From NCBI GenBank assembly GCA_029260215.1, contig JAJDDQ010000039.1, positions 48,313-112,312 of the forward strand: DNA of 64,000 nucleotides, in the 5' to 3' direction. A program made the position numbers and the translations under genes. The stretch comes from Phycisphaerae bacterium (GTDB lineage Bacteria; Planctomycetota; Phycisphaerae; UBA1845). Shown in pieces: positions 9,986 to 18,152 of this stretch (position 1 is its first letter; each line of letters begins with the position of its first letter). Below the pieces are notes generated by a model. The model ran no database searches, was not told where the DNA came from, and saw only the letters and a list, made by a program, of their open reading frames with translations.

Positions 9986-11242
9986 TTATCCGACATCCAA
10001 TGCCACAATACGCTCCCGATCACGGAGGAACATCGTACTGCCCACCAACGTCGGCGCTGTCCAGGAGACTTTTTCGAAAACCTTGGTTCGGCCCAGAACG
10101 TCGAGTGTCTCGGGGTTGGCATCGGCCATCGCGAGTGTGCCGTTTTCATCGAAAATCACGAGACGCCCGTCGGCCTGCATGCAGTTGGCCTTGGCGAACC
10201 CGCGCTTGCGCCAGGCGATCTTTCCACTCTTCATATTGATGGCCGCCATGAAGCACGGCTGGCGCGTGCCGGTGGAGCCGTAAACAAAGTCGCCTTCGCG
10301 CACGGCGGACACGTGGTAGAACTGAATCTTCCGCGTCGACCAGACCTCTTCGACCTCGTAATCGTCGCCGCTGCGCGTGAGTTTCAAACCACGAGCGCCG
10401 GCTTCGGGAGATGAGATGAAGAGTATGCCGTCATGCCAAACAGGCATGCAGATGTTCTGCCCCCACTGGTTGCCGTGCTTGTACTCCCATTTGAGTTCGC
10501 CGCTGTTCGGATCGACGCCGATGACCGCGGTGGCCATGAATGTGACGAGTTGGTCCTGTCCCAGAATGTTGTAAATCTTCGGGGTTGAGTAGCTGTTCTT
10601 GTAGGTGAGGTTTTTCCAGACCACGCGGCCATTCTTTTTGTCGAACGCGATGATGCTCTGATCGTCGCCGCCGCTGAGGGCGATCACCATGCCCTTGTAT
10701 TCTATCGGGCTTGAAGCGTAGCCGTGCGGTATAACGCTCCCGCCAAAATCCTTCCAAAGCTCCTGCGACCAATGCAACGCGCCGGTCCTCTTGTCGAGAC
10801 AGCGCATGGCGCCCGAGACGCCGATCGTGTAAATACGGTTGCCGGAAATCAAAGGCGTACCGCGCGGGCCGTCGCCGAACTCATGCACGTGCCCTTCAGC
10901 CGGTGACGACTCGTAGGCATGCTCCCAGATGGTTTCGCCCGTGGCGGCTGACATGCAAATGACCGCTTCCTGATCGTCGTGGCGGTGCATGGTGTAGATA
11001 CGGTCGCCCTCGACCAGGATACCGCTGTACCCGTCGCCCAAGTCGCGACTCCAGATTTCCGCCGGCCCGTCCTTAGGCCAATCCGCGGCGAGCTTCGCAT
11101 CGCGAACGATGAAATCCTGTCTCGGCCCGCCCCACTGATTCCACCCCGCAGTCGATTCCGTGGCCATCGAGCAGGCACCCAACAGTCCGACCATCATCAT
11201 CGAACACAAAAAACGGCAAGCGCAGGCGCGATACGATTTCAT
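9986..11242 (-). CDS. PQQ-like beta-propeller repeat protein, probable lipoprotein
   Basis: Repeated motifs of the PQQ/BamB-like propeller type (GDRIYTM..., ICMSAATGETIWEH, LDKRTGALHW, DPNSGELKWEY). Start placed at ATG 11242 (MKSYRACACRFLCSMMMVGLLGAC, signal/lipobox-like). Confidence 0.85.
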   Translation of the reverse strand: MKSYRACACRFLCSMMMVGLLGACSMATESTAGWNQWGGPRQDFIVRDAKLAADWPKDGPAEIWSRDLGDGYSGILVEGDRIYTMHRHDDQEAVICMSAATGETIWEHAYESSPAEGHVHEFGDGPRGTPLISGNRIYTIGVSGAMRCLDKRTGALHWSQELWKDFGGSVIPHGYASSPIEYKGMVIALSGGDDQSIIAFDKKNGRVVWKNLTYKNSYSTPKIYNILGQDQLVTFMATAVIGVDPNSGELKWEYKHGNQWGQNICMPVWHDGILFISSPEAGARGLKLTRSGDDYEVEEVWSTRKIQFYHVSAVREGDFVYGSTGTRQPCFMAAINMKSGKIAWRKRGFAKANCMQADGRLVIFDENGTLAMADANPETLDVLGRTKVFEKVSWTAPTLVGSTMFLRDRERIVALDVG

Positions 11243-11501
11243 GGTACATCCTCTCGTTTCCATACGTGAATTGGCCCGAACGAAGACCAAAGCCTAACCT
11301 TCCACACCCTTTGCGGGAAGAGTCTTTACACATCCTTACAAGCTGCGACAGAAGCCCGACTCGAACAGCCCCCTATTTCGGTTTCATGCACAAATCCCGC
11401 GAAAATGACTTGTTTCGACCGCCAATCTCGCGGAACATCGGGGGCGAGATCGCGTCTGTGAAGCGTCAACGCCAATGAACATCCAAACCGGGAGTTTACC
11501 C

Positions 11502-12248
11502 ATGCACCGCATCGTCTGTCTGTCAGCCATACTCGGAGTCATGACGACTATGGCCTTCGCCGGGGAAAAATCCGAACTTACTGACCCTGTCGAGATTCTC
11601 AAAAAAGCAGACGCAGCCGCCAAGGCGGTGACTTCTGTTTCTTACGATCTGGTGGCGGAAGGCACAGGCGCAGCCAAGGGCCGCATGGGCAAACTTGAGG
11701 GCAGCTATGTCCTCGTCGGGTTCGCCGATGGATTGCCCAAGAAATTTCGCGCGAAATTCAAGAGCAAGCATGGCGACACCGGAGAGATTCAAGACAAGAC
11801 CATCGGCGGTGACGGTGAGAATTACTACGTTGTCGATCATGTCACAAAAACCGTCTATCAGGATATGGACCCGACCGTACTCGGTTCATCCTTGCGCGTG
11901 GCGGGTGCCGGCTTCTTTGCTGAGTTCACACACCCCAACCCGTTCTCCGACGAGCTAAAGGGTAAGTCGCACAAGCTGATGGGCAGTAAGAGCGTCAACG
12001 GAGAAGATTGTTATGAAGTTTTTGTCGAATACGACACGTCGCGCGGGCAGAAGGCCGTCTGGTGCTTTTCCAAAAAAGACTTCTTGCCCCGCTCCCGAAA
12101 AGACATTTTCGCGTTCCCGGGCGGCGAGGAAGGCGGCATTATGAAAACCCTCAGCAACCTGAAGATCGATCCGAAGCTTGTTGACAAAGTCTTCCAGATT
12201 GGCAAGACGCCCGAGGGTTACAAGGAATCCGACGACTTCGCGCCGTAG
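11502..12248 (+). CDS. Secreted LolA-like / lipoprotein-sorting-fold protein (tentative)
   Basis: ATG 11502 is preceded by GGAG. Signal peptide MHRIVCLSAILGVMTTMAFAG. Size and sequence pattern resemble LolA/DUF2092-type proteins. Assigned by eye only. Confidence 0.55.
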   Translation: MHRIVCLSAILGVMTTMAFAGEKSELTDPVEILKKADAAAKAVTSVSYDLVAEGTGAAKGRMGKLEGSYVLVGFADGLPKKFRAKFKSKHGDTGEIQDKTIGGDGENYYVVDHVTKTVYQDMDPTVLGSSLRVAGAGFFAEFTHPNPFSDELKGKSHKLMGSKSVNGEDCYEVFVEYDTSRGQKAVWCFSKKDFLPRSRKDIFAFPGGEEGGIMKTLSNLKIDPKLVDKVFQIGKTPEGYKESDDFAP

Positions 12249-12599
12249 GAAGCGTTACCAACTCCCTTATCAATCAAAATGCACCCTGGCCGAACACAGG
12301 CGTAATACCACTCCGGCTGCCGGCTTGGCCGCACACTTCACGCTTCCGCATCGGTCGCGTTCAGTGTCGCGGTTCTGATGGGTTGCGCGCCGCCTGGGAC
12401 GTTGTGTCCTGGGAAGCCTATTCGGTTGCCAAAGAGCGTTTCGCGTTTCGCGTTGCGAGCGCGGGTTAACGCTTGCTGTCTACCAATAGAACGTCGTCGC
12501 TGATTCGCGCGAGCGTAAAAAAAGCAATCAGGGGTGGCCGCCGCGCTTGGGCGGGGGGTGGCGGCGGATGCAAATATGACGTTTTCGCCGCTGTCCGAA

Positions 12600-13577
12600 T
12601 TAGGGGACGAGGAACGTATCTGTCTGTGATTGCTGGACTTCCGTGCCGGTGTACTTCGTTTTTTGACCTGACTGCCAGATGTTATCGCCATGTCGGCCTT
12701 GGTTTGGCGTGGTGGTCCAGCGTGTGGATCCGTCCAGAGAGAGGATGTTTTGCCCTCGGCGACCGTGGTTGGGCGAGTTGGTCACGGTGGGGTCGATCCT
12801 GTTGAGCTTGCCGCCCGCGAAAAGCGGATTGGCGTCGCCCATGTACGGCAGCGAGGAGGCGATCGAGTATTTCGGCGTGGGGCCGGCCATGTTGATGGAG
12901 TCGTAGCTGCAACGCTGCTCCACGGGCGTCCCGGTGTCCATCGGCTGGTTGACTGTCTTTTGGGATGGGCAGATGAACACGCGCACACTGCCGACGAAGT
13001 GATAGCGTGCGAGCAGAAGCGGATGCTGGCGGTTGGACTGGTAGACGATGTCCAAAGTCTGATCTTGCCCCGAAGCGAGAAAAGACGTCCGGCCCGTTAC
13101 CGGGGCGCAGGGCAGTGCGTTGTTGTTGGCCAGGGAATAGGCGCTGACCGCCCGCCCGATACCGCCGAGGTTGGCAGCGCAAACCGCCTGCCGGGATCGT
13201 TCGCGAACGGCTGACATGCTCGGTGCGAGCAGGCCGAAGAACAGCGCGAGACAGGCTGCCACCGCGACGAAATCGTGTAGGAACAATCGCCCGACCCTGC
13301 CTCGGGATTCGCCGGAGGGCAGATCGCGTTCGTACATAACGTGCTGGTTTTTTTGCGCGGCGATCTCGCCAAGGATGCGATCGACGAGACCGGTCGGCGG
13401 TGAGGCTGCGGTCCAACTGTCCAGCGGCAGCAGAATGCGTTGCAGCCTGCTATTCTCAGCCGCGAGTTTTGGATCGCTTTGCAGGCGATCCTGAAGAATG
13501 CGCTTCTGTTCTTCCGACAATTGCCCCAGGTGATCGTCGAGCAGCCAAAGGGCATCGGGTTGATCGTGGTCAGTCAT
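12600..13577 (-). CDS. Anti-sigma factor fused to a DUF1559 / H-X9-DG pseudopilin-like periplasmic domain
   Basis: Follows the ECF sigma gene directly. N-terminal anti-sigma-like helices, one TM (FVAVAACLALFFGLL), then LLAPSMSAVRERSRQAVCAANLGGIGRAVSAY, which mimics the post-cleavage prepilin/DUF1559 segment. C-terminal NHGRRGQNILSLDGSTRW is H-X10-DG. Start ATG 13577 or GTG 13595. Confidence 0.7.
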   Translation of the reverse strand: MTDHDQPDALWLLDDHLGQLSEEQKRILQDRLQSDPKLAAENSRLQRILLPLDSWTAASPPTGLVDRILGEIAAQKNQHVMYERDLPSGESRGRVGRLFLHDFVAVAACLALFFGLLAPSMSAVRERSRQAVCAANLGGIGRAVSAYSLANNNALPCAPVTGRTSFLASGQDQTLDIVYQSNRQHPLLLARYHFVGSVRVFICPSQKTVNQPMDTGTPVEQRCSYDSINMAGPTPKYSIASSLPYMGDANPLFAGGKLNRIDPTVTNSPNHGRRGQNILSLDGSTRWTTTPNQGRHGDNIWQSGQKTKYTGTEVQQSQTDTFLVP

Positions 13578-13598
13578 GTTGTGTTCGTTCTTCACCGT

Positions 13599-14222
13599 CT
13601 AAAGTTCCTGACTTTTCCGCCCGTAATCCTGTTTCGCCGCCAACGCCTGCCGATACGCGACACCAAAATGCCCGACGGCTGAGTGCAGGCGGCTTTTCAC
13701 CGTGCCCAAAGGGACACCGAGCACCTCGGCGATGTCACGATAGGGCAGCTTGTGGTAGTAGGCCAATATCAGCACCTCACGCAGCATTTCGGGCATGGCC
13801 TCCAAAATCACGCGCACGTTCCGCCGTTGGTCCTCAAGCTCGACCTCGCGAGCGTCGTCATCGTCGTCGGCGCTCATCAGATCGAGAAAACTGCGGCTTC
13901 CTGCTTCGCCGTCCTTTTCGATCTGAGCGTCCAGCGGAAGCTCCGACCGTCGCGAACGCTGCCTGATCCAGTCCCTGGCTTTGTTGGCGGCGATGGTGAA
14001 AAGCCAGGGTTTGAACCGTCGATCGGTGTCAAACGTCTCCGCCGACTGGTAAACCTTTATGAACGTCTCCTGGACCACGTCGTCCGCTGCGAGCGAACTG
14101 TTCGTGAATCGCAAGGCAAAACGGTGCAGCTCCGGGCTGTGCCGCCGAACGAGCAATTCGAAGGCGTCACTGCGACCCGCGAGGTGCTCGCTCAGCAAAT
14201 GTTCGTCTGTTGGCCTGTCCAC
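13599..14222 (-). CDS. ECF-type RNA polymerase sigma factor
   Basis: Sigma70 region 2 (DDVVQETFIKVYQSAETFD..FKPWLFTIAANKARDWIR) and region 4 (LREVLILAYYHKLPYRDIAEVLGVPLGTVKSRL). Confidence 0.92.
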   Translation of the reverse strand: MDRPTDEHLLSEHLAGRSDAFELLVRRHSPELHRFALRFTNSSLAADDVVQETFIKVYQSAETFDTDRRFKPWLFTIAANKARDWIRQRSRRSELPLDAQIEKDGEAGSRSFLDLMSADDDDDAREVELEDQRRNVRVILEAMPEMLREVLILAYYHKLPYRDIAEVLGVPLGTVKSRLHSAVGHFGVAYRQALAAKQDYGRKSQEL

Positions 14223-14285
14223 CGCTTCCTAGTATCCTTACGAGCCGCGTTTGATCTGGTTCGCTTCTTCTTTCGAGTTTGGGCG

Positions 14286-14921
14286 ATGAATCATTTTCAT
14301 TCCAGTCGCCAATCTGACAATAGGCAGCCTCAGCCGCCTCGCAGCTCGTTTTCCCGGGCGTTGACGGCTGCTGTGGTCGCCGGAATAGGCTTGGTCGCGG
14401 CTTGCGGGGCGATTGCGGAGGCAGCCCGGCGGGCGGAAATACCCTCCACAACCGTCCTGACGCTTCAGAAACCGAGGATCGTCGTTGTCAAATCGACGCG
14501 CAAGCTGTATTTGTTGGACGGGGAAACGGTGGTGCGCGTGTACTCGGTCACATTGGGGCCTGAGCCGACGGGCCAGAAAATTCGCGCCGGCGACGGGCGA
14601 ACGCCTGAAGGGGTGTTTCGCATTTGCTCCAAGCGTTCCGACAGCCCGAACCATCGTTTTCTCGGAATTGATTATCCGGACGTGCGGGCGGCGCGTGAGG
14701 GGCTGGATCGCGGCTTGATCAGCGACGGGGAAGCCAAGGCGATTTTTGAGGCCCAGCGCACGGGCAGGTGCCCGAGCTGGACGACGGACCTCGGCGGAGC
14801 GATCGGTCTGCACGGGGCGGGCGCGCGGCAGACTGCCGGCTGCATCGCGTTGGCGGACGAGCATATTGAGCAGTTGTTCGCCGTTTTGAGAATCGGTGAC
14901 ACGGTCGAGGTGCTGCCCTAG
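14286..14921 (+). CDS. L,D-transpeptidase (YkuD domain)
   Basis: The real gene is the 3' third of ORF 13683..14921; the rest is antisense shadow of the sigma gene. ATG 14286, TM anchor, then a YkuD signature (YSVTLGPEP..GDGRTPEGVF...GLHGAGARQTAGCIAL) with the catalytic His/Cys. Confidence 0.85.
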   Translation: MNHFHSSRQSDNRQPQPPRSSFSRALTAAVVAGIGLVAACGAIAEAARRAEIPSTTVLTLQKPRIVVVKSTRKLYLLDGETVVRVYSVTLGPEPTGQKIRAGDGRTPEGVFRICSKRSDSPNHRFLGIDYPDVRAAREGLDRGLISDGEAKAIFEAQRTGRCPSWTTDLGGAIGLHGAGARQTAGCIALADEHIEQLFAVLRIGDTVEVLP

Positions 14922-14937
14922 CGGGTCTGTGGAGAAT

Positions 14938-15016
14938 TGGGGCATGGGTTTTTGGACCTGTGTCTTCGGCGGTCGGGAAACTGTTGCATGCACCGGTTGC
15001 AAACCGGTGCCACACA
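14938..15016. repeat. Repeat family C copy 1 (contains palindrome GCACCGGTTGCAAACCGGTGC)
   Basis: Aligns over about 80 nt with 19153-19250. The core hairpin is also at 30968-30996. Confidence 0.65.
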
Positions 15017-15017
15017 A

Positions 15018-15095
15018 GAAGCCGGTGCCACACGGGAAGCTGGTGACACACGGGGAACCGGTGCCAAACTGGAGACTGGTGCCACGCGGGAAGCC
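15018..15095. repeat. Tandem repeat, 18-bp unit x 4.3, abutting the start codon of the sigma54 activator gene
   Basis: Units are GAAGCCGGTGCCACACGG / GAAGCTGGTGACACACGG / GGAACCGGTGCCAAACTG / GAGACTGGTGCCACGCGG / GAAGCC. The unit derives from the right half of the family C palindrome. Confidence 0.8.
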
Positions 15096-15096
15096 T

Positions 15097-16605
15097 ATGG
15101 ACGCAGAGACCTTTCACAGTTCAGCCACGTTTTCGCACGTATCGCTTCGTCTTTTGGCGGAGGCGTCGGCGTCGATTAACAGCACGCTGAATCTGCAAAC
15201 CGTTCTGGACCGCATCGCGGAGTCAGCGGCTAAGGTGATGAACGCCGAGGCGGGCAGCGTTCTGTTGCACGACCGTTTCCGCAGCAAGCTGGTGTTCGTC
15301 TCCGCGACGGGTGATCGGTCCGAAATGGTCATAGGCCAGGAGTTCGATTCGGACCTGGGCATCGCCGGTCGTGTCGCGTCCACCGGCAAAGGGGAAATCG
15401 TACACGATGTTCAAGGGGACGCGGGGTTCTACCGCGAGATGGATCAGGTCACGCACATGCGCACGCTGACGCTGATGGCTGCTCCCATGATCGCGGAATC
15501 CGAAGTCATCGGGGTGGTCGAGGTTCTCAACCAGCAGGACGGCGAATTCAACAACGGCGATCTCGAATTGTTGCAGGTTTTCGCGAACCTGGCGGCCGTC
15601 GGCGCCCGCAACGCCCGGGCACACGAGCGTTTGAAGCAGCAACATGACGACTTGCGCGAGCAGGTTTTCAAAGAGCAGCCGATCATCGGCGGATCGAAGG
15701 CGATTCGCGACGTCATCAGCCTTTGCGATCGTGTGGCTCCGAGTACGGCGAGCGTGCTGCTGCTGGGCGAGACCGGGACAGGCAAAGAGCTGTTCGCCAA
15801 GTACGTACACAACGCATCTTCGCGAGCGGAAGAAGCTTTTGTACCGGTCCACTGTGCCGCGTTGACCGAGACGCTGCTCGAAAGCGAAATCTTCGGCCAC
15901 GAGAAGGGTGCATTCACCGGTGCTGTCGGCCAGCATATCGGTCGATTCGAATCGGCTCAGGGCGGCACGATTTTTCTCGACGAGATCGGGGAAGTGCCGC
16001 TGGCGACGCAGGTGAAGCTGCTGCGTGTGCTTCAGGAACAGGAATTTGAGCGCGTCGGCGGGACCAAGACGGTCAAGTGCGATGTGCGCGTGGTGGCTGC
16101 CACCAATCGCGACTTGAAAGCGCAAATCGCCAAAGGGGAATTTCGCGAAGACCTGTTCTATCGGCTGAATGTGTTCCCCGTCACGCTTCCGCCGTTGCGT
16201 CGGCGTCGCGAGGATATTCCACAATTGGTCGATCATTTCGCCGGCATCGCCGCGGAAAAAATGGGACTGCCCCGCCCGCCTGTGGCCGGCGACGCTTCGG
16301 CGGTTCTGATGAGTTACGATTGGCCTGGAAATGTGCGTGAGTTGCAGAATGTGATGGAGCGGGCTGTCATCCTTTCGCATGGCAGCCCCATAGACGTGAA
16401 CGATCTTCCGGTCGACATCGCGGGCGGTGCGGAAGTTATTTACGAGACCGAAAGCGAAGGCTCGCTTTGGGATTTTGAACGCAGCATGATCGTCAAAGCG
16501 CTGCGCGATCATCAGTGGAATCAGACGCAGGCAGCCAAGTCGTTGGGCATCAGCCGGGACAACCTGCGTTACCGTGTGAAGAAGTACAAGATCAACAAGG
16601 ACTGA
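15097..16605 (+). CDS. Sigma54-dependent transcriptional activator (GAF - AAA+ - Fis-type HTH)
   Basis: N-terminal GAF-like domain, Walker A GETGTGKE, the GAFTGA loop (EKGAFTGA), ESELFGH-like ESEIFGH, and a C-terminal HTH (QTQAAKSLGISRDNLRYRVKKY). Start trimmed to ATG 15097. Confidence 0.93.
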   Translation: MDAETFHSSATFSHVSLRLLAEASASINSTLNLQTVLDRIAESAAKVMNAEAGSVLLHDRFRSKLVFVSATGDRSEMVIGQEFDSDLGIAGRVASTGKGEIVHDVQGDAGFYREMDQVTHMRTLTLMAAPMIAESEVIGVVEVLNQQDGEFNNGDLELLQVFANLAAVGARNARAHERLKQQHDDLREQVFKEQPIIGGSKAIRDVISLCDRVAPSTASVLLLGETGTGKELFAKYVHNASSRAEEAFVPVHCAALTETLLESEIFGHEKGAFTGAVGQHIGRFESAQGGTIFLDEIGEVPLATQVKLLRVLQEQEFERVGGTKTVKCDVRVVAATNRDLKAQIAKGEFREDLFYRLNVFPVTLPPLRRRREDIPQLVDHFAGIAAEKMGLPRPPVAGDASAVLMSYDWPGNVRELQNVMERAVILSHGSPIDVNDLPVDIAGGAEVIYETESEGSLWDFERSMIVKALRDHQWNQTQAAKSLGISRDNLRYRVKKYKINKD

Positions 16606-16642
16606 CAGTCGCCGGCGCGTTTGTCGGGCGGCTGCATTCGAT

Positions 16643-17263
16643 TTGAAAGAGATACCGTTGGATACTGAACAACGCATCGCTCAATTCCGCAACATGGCTG
16701 AAGCCGACCCGGACAACGAGATGGGGCATTTCAGCCTGGGCAGAGCGTACTATGAGGCTGAGCGTTTCGCGGAATCGCTCCCGTGTTTCGAGCGTGTTCT
16801 CGAACTGAACGCCACGCATTCCAAATCGTTTCAGCTTCTCGGTGAATGCCAATTGAAACTCGATCAGCGTGACGCTGCCATCGCGAATCTCAAGAAGGGT
16901 TACGACATTGCGTTTGAACGCGGTGATGTCATGCCCCGCGACGCGATGGCCAAGCTGCTGACCGAACTGGGCGAAGATGTCCCCAAGGCGCCGGCCACCG
17001 CACCGGCGGCGAGTACGTCAGCCAAGTCGGCCGACGGCTTCCAATGCTCCCGCTGCGGTCGTCCGAGCGGTCAGCTTGAGCGTCAGCCTTTCAAGGGCGA
17101 TCTGGGCAAGATGGTTCACGAGCGTGCGTGCTCCCAATGCTGGCAGGAGTGGATCGGCATGGGTACGAAGGTCATCAACGAGATGGGCCTGGAACTGGCT
17201 GACCCCCGCTCTCAGGAAGTTTACGACGAGCACCTGAAAGAGTTTTTGCAATTAACGGATTGA
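16643..17263 (+). CDS. TPR domain fused to a YggX-like Fe(2+)-trafficking / oxidative-damage protection domain
   Basis: N-terminal TPR-like helices (GHFSLGRAYYEAERFAESLPCFERVLELN). The C-terminal 75 aa (FQCSRCGRPSGQLERQPFKGDLGKMVHERACSQCWQEWIGMGTKVINEMGLELADPRSQEVYDEHLKEFL) parallel E. coli YggX. TTG start. Confidence 0.8.
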   Translation: MKEIPLDTEQRIAQFRNMAEADPDNEMGHFSLGRAYYEAERFAESLPCFERVLELNATHSKSFQLLGECQLKLDQRDAAIANLKKGYDIAFERGDVMPRDAMAKLLTELGEDVPKAPATAPAASTSAKSADGFQCSRCGRPSGQLERQPFKGDLGKMVHERACSQCWQEWIGMGTKVINEMGLELADPRSQEVYDEHLKEFLQLTD

Positions 17264-17318
17264 AACCGCGTAACCGCCGACCAATAGTAAGCAGGGGATC
17301 ACACAGGAGTGTTGGCTG

Positions 17319-18119
17319 GTGAGCGGAGTCGGTGAATCGTCAATGCAGGCATCGGGCGAGCAGGCTGCGAGCGGTCTGAACGCGGTTGAGATCGCGGCCC
17401 GCAAGGGGTTCGGCCCCCTTAGCGCGCTGGCGGAGAAAAACTGGCATGGCGACGGCGTGCCTTGCGTGTCGTGCGGTCAGCTCGTGCGCCGGTCGGCGAA
17501 ATCCTGCGGCTGGTGCGGTGAGGTTTTGTCCGACGAAATGCAGGCCAAGATGCGCGCGTACGCAGGTCCGTGGTTTGTGCTGGAGCATATCAGGCCTTTT
17601 CCGGGCGTGACGGCTGAGCGACTGGTGCGTCAAATCCGACGCGGCGTGCTGATGCGCTCGACCATCGTACGCGGGCCGACGACTCATTTTCAGTGGCGCT
17701 TCGCCGGCGAGACTCCGGGGCTGAGCAAGTTTCTGGGATGCTGCTGGGCCTGCGGATCGCCGGTCGCTCCGACCGACACGCACTGCACACACTGTCGCGT
17801 TGAACTTGGCGACTTGGCGGATGAAGTGCAATCGACTCAAGGGTCGACGCCACCGCCCGCAACCGACGAATTGCGCCGTTTGGCGGAAGCGGCTGAATCG
17901 GTGGATATCGACCGCCGGTATGAAACCGGTCCGCCGCGAATCGGTTCGATTAGGGTATCCTGGGTTATCGCAGCCATCCTCGTTATTGTCATGGGCATCC
18001 TGTTTGCTGTGGTGCAACTCCGCAGCGGTGCGTCCGCGGTCGTGAAAAAGCCGACCACAACGCCGTCCAAGCCAATCTCCCACGACGCTGTTCAAGTCGA
18101 TTCAAAACCTGCACAATAA
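17319..18119 (+). CDS. Zinc-ribbon / GYF_2-like domain membrane protein (hypothetical)
   Basis: Two CxxC...CxxC ribbons (CVSCG..CGWCG; CWACG..CTHCR) flank a DUF4339/GYF_2-like segment (WFVLEHIRPFPGVTAERLVRQIRRGVL..STIVRGP). C-terminal TM (VSWVIAAILVIVMGILFAVV). Confidence 0.6.
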   Translation: MSGVGESSMQASGEQAASGLNAVEIAARKGFGPLSALAEKNWHGDGVPCVSCGQLVRRSAKSCGWCGEVLSDEMQAKMRAYAGPWFVLEHIRPFPGVTAERLVRQIRRGVLMRSTIVRGPTTHFQWRFAGETPGLSKFLGCCWACGSPVAPTDTHCTHCRVELGDLADEVQSTQGSTPPPATDELRRLAEAAESVDIDRRYETGPPRIGSIRVSWVIAAILVIVMGILFAVVQLRSGASAVVKKPTTTPSKPISHDAVQVDSKPAQ

Positions 18120-18152
18120 ACGCGACGTGTGTTCTCGCATCCGGAGCATCTT

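Noticed and set aside
14991-15016. TGGCAC-containing family C repeats (also at 19156, 19221-19249 and 30970) as possible sigma54 promoters.
   Set aside because: On the relevant strand they read TGGCACCGGTTTGCAA or TGGCACGGGTTTTCAA. The GG-to-GC spacing is 11 rather than 12, or the -12 TGC is missing. They are dispersed palindromes in both orientations, unlike the exact match at 22340-22355.
15223-16677. 484-aa minus-strand ORF antisense to the sigma54 activator gene. Similar long antisense ORFs occur at 56176-58002, 46078-48315, 23932-25263, 31830-32984, 4787-5836 and the 13683-14285 part of ORF 13683-14921.
   Set aside because: These are typical shadow ORFs of a high-GC genome. Each lies opposite a gene with unmistakable conserved motifs (EBP, DnaA, PIG-L/CPBP, ABC, EF-Tu, ECF sigma). 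Their translations are Arg/Pro/His-rich low-complexity sequence with no motifs.
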